64,000 nt of DNA from NCBI GenBank assembly GCA_964057225.1, contig OZ059894.1:124001-188000 (forward strand), in the 5' to 3' direction. The position numbers were made by a program, and so were the translations under genes. Origin of the DNA: Auanema rhodensis (Eukaryota; Animalia; Nematoda). Below the pieces are notes generated by a model, which worked only from the letters and a program-made list of their open reading frames with translations, made no database searches and was not told the origin of the DNA. How positions within the stretch are numbered: the stretch's first letter is position 1; every line of letters begins with the position of its first letter. Below, in pieces: positions 57,701 to 64,000 of the stretch.

Positions 57701-60700
57701 ATAAATTAAAGTTCACGTAAATTTCAAAGTCATGGTTACCATGAACCAATATCAATAAAAATTTGTTTTTAGACTAATATGGACATGGGGAATCTAATTT
57801 TGAAAACCGCATCTCTTTATCTTTCACGTGAAGCGAGTTACATACCAAGTGCACATCACGTGTACATTCAATTAGCATAAATTAAAGTTCACGTAAATTT
57901 CAAAGACATGGTTACCATGAACCAATATCAATGAAAATTTGTTTTTAGACTAATATGGACATGGGGAATCTAATTTTGAAAACCGCATCTCTTTATCTTT
58001 CACGTGAAGCGAGTTACATACCAAGTGCACATCACGTGTACATTTAATTAGCATAAATTAAAGTTCACGTAAATTTCAAAGTCATGGTTACCATGCACCA
58101 ATATCAATAAAAAATTGTTTTTAGACTAATATGGACATGGGGAATCTAATTTTGAAAACCGCATCTCTTTATCTTTCACGTGAAGCGAGTTACATACCAA
58201 GTGCACATCACGTGTACATTTAATTAGCATAAATTAAAGTTCACGTTAATTTCAAAGTCATGGTTACCATGCACCAATATCAATAAAAATTTGTTTTTAG
58301 ACTAATATGGACATGGGGAATCTTATTTTGAAAACCGCATATCTTTATCTTTCACGTGAAGCGAGTTACATACCAAGTGCACATCACGTGTACATTTAAT
58401 TAGCATAAATTAAAGTTCACGTAAACTTCAAAGTCATGGTTACCATGCACCAATATCAATAAAAATTTGTTTTTAGACTAATATGGACATGGGGAATCTT
58501 ATTTTGGAAACCGCATCTCTTTATCTTTCACGTGAAGCGAGTTACATACCAAGTGCACATCACGTGTACATTTAATTAGCATAAATTAAAGTTCACGTAA
58601 ATTTCAAAGTCATGGTTACCATGCACCAATATCAATAAAAATTTGTTTTTAGACTAATATGGACATGGGGAATCTAATTTTGAAAACCGCATCTTTTTAT
58701 CTTTCACGTGAAGCGAGTTACATACCAAGTGCACATCACGTGTACATTTAATTAGCATAAATTAAAGTTCACGTAAATTTCAAAGTCATGGTTACCATGC
58801 ACCAATATCAATAAAAATTTGTTTTTAGACTAATATGGACATGGGGAATCTAATTTTGAAAACCGCATCTCTTTATCTTTCACGTAAAGCGAGTTACATA
58901 CCAAGTGCACATCACGTGTACATTTAATTAGCATAAATTAAAGTTCACGTAAATTTCAAAGTCATGGTTACCATGCACCAATATCAATAAAAATTTGTTT
59001 TTAGACTAATATGGACATGAGGAATCTAATTTTGAAAACCGCATCTCTTTATCTTTCACGTGAAGCGAGTTACATACCAAGTGCACATCACGTGTACATT
59101 TAATTAGCAAAAATTAAAGTTCACGTAAATTTCAAAGTCATGGTTACCATGCACCAATATCAATAAAAATTTGTTTTTAGACTAATATGGACATGGGAAA
59201 TCTAATTTTGAAAACCGCATCTCTTTATCTTTCACGTGAAGCGAGTTACATACCAAGTGCACATCACGTGTACATTTAATTAGCATAAATTAAAGTTCAC
59301 GTAAATTTCAAAGTCATGGTTACCATGCACCAATATCAATAAAAATTTGTTTTTAGACTAATATGGACATGGGGAATCCAATTTTGAAAACCGCATCTCT
59401 TTATCTTTCACGTGAAGCGAGTTACATACCAAGTGCACATCACGTGTACATTTAATTAGCATAAATTAAAGTTCACGTAAATTTCAAAGTCATGGTTACC
59501 ATGAACCAATATCAATGAAAATTTGTTTTTAGACTAATATGGACATGGGGAATCTAATTTTGAAAACCGCATCTCTTTATCTTTCACGTGAAGCGAGTTA
59601 CATACCAAGTGCACATCACGTGTACATTCAATTAGCATAAATTAAAGTTCACGTAAATTTCAAAGACATGGTTACCATGAACCAATATCAATGAAAATTT
59701 GTTTTTAGACTAATATGGACATGGGGAATCTAATTTTGAAAACCGCATCTCTTTATCTTTCACGTGAAGCGAGTTACATACCAAGTGCACATCACGTGTA
59801 CATTTAATTAGCATAAATTAAAGTTCACGTAAATTTCAAAGTCATGGTTACCATGAACCAATATCAATAAAAATTTGTTTTTAGACTAATATGGACATGG
59901 GGAATCTAATTTTGAAAACCGCATCTCTTTATCTTTCACGTGAAGCGAGTTACATACCAAGTGCACATCACGTGTACATTTAATTAGCATAAATTAAAGT
60001 TCACGTTAATTTCAAAGTCATGGTTACCATGCACCAATATCAATAAAAATTTGTTTTTAGACTAATATGGACATGGGGAATCTTATTTTGAAAACCGCAT
60101 ATCTTTATCTTTCACGTGAAGCGAGTTACATACCAAGTGCACATCACGTGTACATTTAATTAGCATAAATTAAAGTTCACGTAAACTTCAAAGTCATGGT
60201 TACCATGCACCAATATCAATAAAAATTTGTTTTTAGACTAATATGGACATGAGGAATCTAATTTTGAAAACCGCATCTCTTTATCTTTCACGTGAAGCGA
60301 GTTACATACCAAGTGCACATCACGTGTACATTTAATTAGCATAAATTAAAGTTCACGTAAATTTCAAAGTCATGGTTACCATGCACCAATATCAATAAAA
60401 ATTTGTTTTTAGACTAATATGGACATGAGGAATCTAATTTTGAAAACCGCATCTCTTTATCTTTCACGTGAAGCGAGTTACATACCAAGTGCACATCACG
60501 TGTACATTTAATTAGCATAAATTAAAAATCACGTAAATTTCAAAGTCATGGTTACCATGCACCAATATCAATAAAAATTTGTTTTTAGACTAATATGGAC
60601 ATGAGGAATCTAATTTTGAAAACCGCATCTCTTTATCTTTCACGTGAAGCGAGTTACATACCAAGTGCACATCACGTGTACATTTAATTAGCATAAATTA

Positions 60701-63700
60701 AAGTTCACGTAAATTTCAAAGTCATGGTTACCATGCACCAATATCAATAAAAATTTGTTTTTAGACTAATATGTACATGGGGAATCTTATTTTGAAAACC
60801 GCATCTCTTTATCTTTCACGTGAAGCGAGTTACATACCAAGTGCACATCACGTGTACATTTAATTAGCATAAATTAAAGTTCACGTAAATTTCAAAGTCA
60901 TGGTTACCATGCACCAATATCAATAAAAATTTGTTTTTAGACTAATATGGACATGGGGAATCTAATTTTGAAAACCGCATCTCTTTATCTTTCACGTGAA
61001 GCGAGTTACATACCAAGTGCACATCACGTGTACATTTAATTAGCATAAATTAAAGTTCACGTAAATTTCAAAGTCATGGTTACCATGCACCAATATCAAT
61101 AAAAATTTGTTTTTAGACTAATATGGACATGAGGAATCTAATTTTGAAAACCGCATCTCTTTATCTTTCACGTGAAGCGAGTTACATACCAAGTGCACAT
61201 CACGTGTACATTTAATTAGCAAAAATTAAAGTTCACGTAAATTTCAAAGTCATGGTTACCATGCACCAATATCAATAAAAATTTGTTTTTAGACTAATAT
61301 GGACATGGGAAATCTAATTTTGAAAACCGCATCTCTTTATCTTTCACGTGAAGCGAGTTACATACCAAGTGCACATCACGTGTACATTTAATTAGCATAA
61401 ATTAAAGTTCACGTAAATTTCAAAGTCATGGTTACCATGCACCAATATCAATAAAAATTTGTTTTTAGACTAATATGGACATGGGGAATCCAATTTTGAA
61501 AACCGCATCTCTTTATCTTTCACGTGAAGCGAGTTACATACCAAGTGCACATCACGTGTACATTTAATTAGCATAAATTAAAGTTCACGTAAATTTCAAA
61601 GTCATGGTTACCATGAACCAATATCAATAAAAATTTGTTTTTAGACTAATATGGACATGGGGAATCTAATTTTAAAAACCGCATCTCTTTATCTTTCACG
61701 TGAAGCGAGTTACATACCAAGTGCACATCACGTGTACATTTAATAAGCATAAATTAAAGTTCACGTAAATTTCAAAGTCATGGTTACCATGCACCAATAT
61801 CAATAAAAATTTGTTTTTAGACTAATATGGACATGGGGAATCTAATTTTGAAAACCGCATCTCTTTATCTTTCACGTGAAGCGAGTTACATACCAAGTGC
61901 ACATCACGTGTACATTTAATTAGCATAAATTAAAGTTCACGTAAATTTCAAAGTCATGGTTACCATGAACCAATATCAATAAAAATTTGTTTTTAGACTA
62001 ATATGGACATGGGGAATCAAATTTTGAAAACCGCATCTCTTTATCTTTCACGTGAAGCGAGTTACATACCAAGTGCACATCACGTGTACATTTAATTAGC
62101 ATAAATTAAAGTTCACGTAAATTTCAAAGTCATGGTTACCATGAACCAATATCAATAAAAATTTGTTTTTAGACTAATATGGACATGAGGAATCTAATTT
62201 TGAAAACCGCATCTCTTTATCTTTCACGTGAAGCGAGTTACATACCAAGTGCACATCACGTGTACATTTAATTAGCATAAATTAAAGTTCACGTAAATTT
62301 CAAAGTCATGGTTACCATGGGGAATCTAATTTTGAAAACCGCATCTCTTTATCTTTCACGTGAAGCGAGTTACATACCAAGTGCACATCACGTGTACATT
62401 TAATTAGCATAAATTAAAGTTCACGTAAATTTCAAAGACATGGTTACCATGAACCAATATCAATGAAAATTTGTTTTTAGACTAATATGGACATGGGGAA
62501 TCTAATTCTGAAAACCGAATCTCTTTATCTTTCACATGAAGCGAGTTACATACCAAGTGCACATCACGTGTACATTTAATTAGCATAAATTAAAGTTCAC
62601 GTAAATTTCAAAGACATGGTTACCATGAACCAATATCAATGAAAATTTGTTTTTAGACTAATATGGACATGGGGAATCTAATTCTGAAAACCGAATCTCT
62701 TTATCTTTCACATGAAGCGAGTTACATACCAAGTGCACATCACGTGTACATTTAATTAGCATAAATTAAAGTTCACGTAAATTTCAAAGTCATGGTTACC
62801 ATGGGGAATCTAATTTTGAAAACCGCATCTCTTTATCTTTCACGTGAAGCGAGTTACATACCAAGTGCACATCACGTGTACATTTAATTAGCATAAATTA
62901 AAGTTCACGTTAATTTCAAAGTCATGGTTACCATGCACCAATATCAATAAAAATTTGTTTTTAGACTAATATGGACATGGGGAATCTTATTTTGAAAACC
63001 GCATATCTTTATCTTTCACGTGAAGCGAGTTACATACCAAGTGCACATCACGTGTACATTTAATTAGCATAAATTAAAGTTCACGTAAATTTCAAAGTCA
63101 TGGTTACCATGCACCAATATCAATAAAAATTTGTTTTTAGACTAATATGGACATGGGGAATCTTATTTTGAAAACCGCATCTCTTTATCTTTCACGTGAA
63201 GCGAGTTACATACCAAGTGCACATCACGTGTACATTTAATTAGCATAAATTAAAGTTCACGTAAATTTCAAAGTCATGGTTACCATGCACCAATATCAAT
63301 AAAAATTTGTTTTTAGACTAATATGGACATGGGGAATCTAATTTTGAAAACCGCATCTCTTTATCTTTCACGTGAAGCGAGTTACATACCAAGTGCACAT
63401 CACGTGTACATTTAATTAGCATAAATTAAAGTTCACGTAAATTTCAAAGTCATGGTTACCATGCACCAATATCAATAAAAATTTGTTTTTAGACTAATAT
63501 GGACATGAGGAATCTAATTTTGAAAACCGCATCTCTTTATCTTTCACGTGAAGCGAGTTACATACCAAGTGCACATCACGTGTACATTTAATTAGCATAA
63601 ATTAAAGTTCACGTAAATTTCAAAGTCATGGTTACCATGCACCAATATCAATAAAAATTTGTTTTTAGACTAATATGTACATGGGGAATCTTATTTTGAA

Positions 63701-64000
63701 AACCGCATCTCTTTATCTTTCACGTGAAGCGAGTTACATACCAAGTGCACATCACGTGTACATTTAATTAGCATAAATTAAAGTTCACGTAAATTTCAAA
63801 GTCATGGTTACCATGCACCAATATCAATAAAAATTTGTTTTTAGACTAATATGTACATGGGGAATCTTATTTTGAAAACCGCATCTCTTTATCTTTCACG
63901 TGAAGCGAGTTACATACCAAGTGCACATCACGTGTACATTTAATTAGCATAAATTAAAGTTCACGTAAATTTCAAAGTCATGGTTACCATGCACCAATAT

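Larger units (their letters stand above)
11870..64000. repeat. 176-bp tandem satellite array, about 296 head-to-tail monomers, continuing past the window end
   Basis: Consensus ACCGCATCTCTTTATCTTTYACGTGAAGCGAGTTACATACCAAGTGCACATCACGTGTACATTTAATTAGCATAAATTAAAGTTCACGTAAATTTCAAAGTCATGGTTACCATGMACCAATATCAATAAAAATTTGTTTTTAGACTAATATGGACATGGGGAATCTAATTTTGAAA. Monomers typically differ by 0-4 substitutions. No inversion seen. Confidence 0.99.

Noticed and set aside
11870-64000. CRISPR array or coding repeat
   Set aside because: No unique spacers and no cas genes; monomers are contiguous, near-identical and carry no long ORF.
1-64000. Assigning a host species or calling the array a centromere
   Set aside because: Sequence alone is insufficient. 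A nematode-like host is only a guess from element architecture, and centromere function needs chromatin data.

Overview
Eukaryotic, AT-rich, invertebrate-like DNA with no host genes. About 82% of the window is a homogeneous 176-bp tandem satellite (1-404 and 11870-64000, about 296 monomers on the right). One monomer is interrupted by a complete, very young Ty3/gypsy (Metaviridae-like) LTR element on the minus strand (405-11869). It has two 337-bp LTRs that look identical by eye, a 4-bp TSD (CATC), non-canonical CG...CG termini and a tRNA-Gln primer-binding site. Its single uninterrupted ORF of about 2,900 codons has the order Gag - internal signal peptide - Cys-rich glycoprotein - TM - PR - RT - RNase H - IN. 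The envelope-like glycoprotein (probably class III, gB/chuvirus-like) therefore sits in frame between gag and pol, which implies a membrane-threaded polyprotein. The satellite shows nested higher-order repeats (4-, 6-, 8-, 10-, 12- and 17-mer offsets), a ~16-17.6-kb tandem duplication, a poly(T) insertion with a 12-bp duplication and a microhomology-bounded 44-bp deletion. Family assignments come from motif recognition only; no searches were run.
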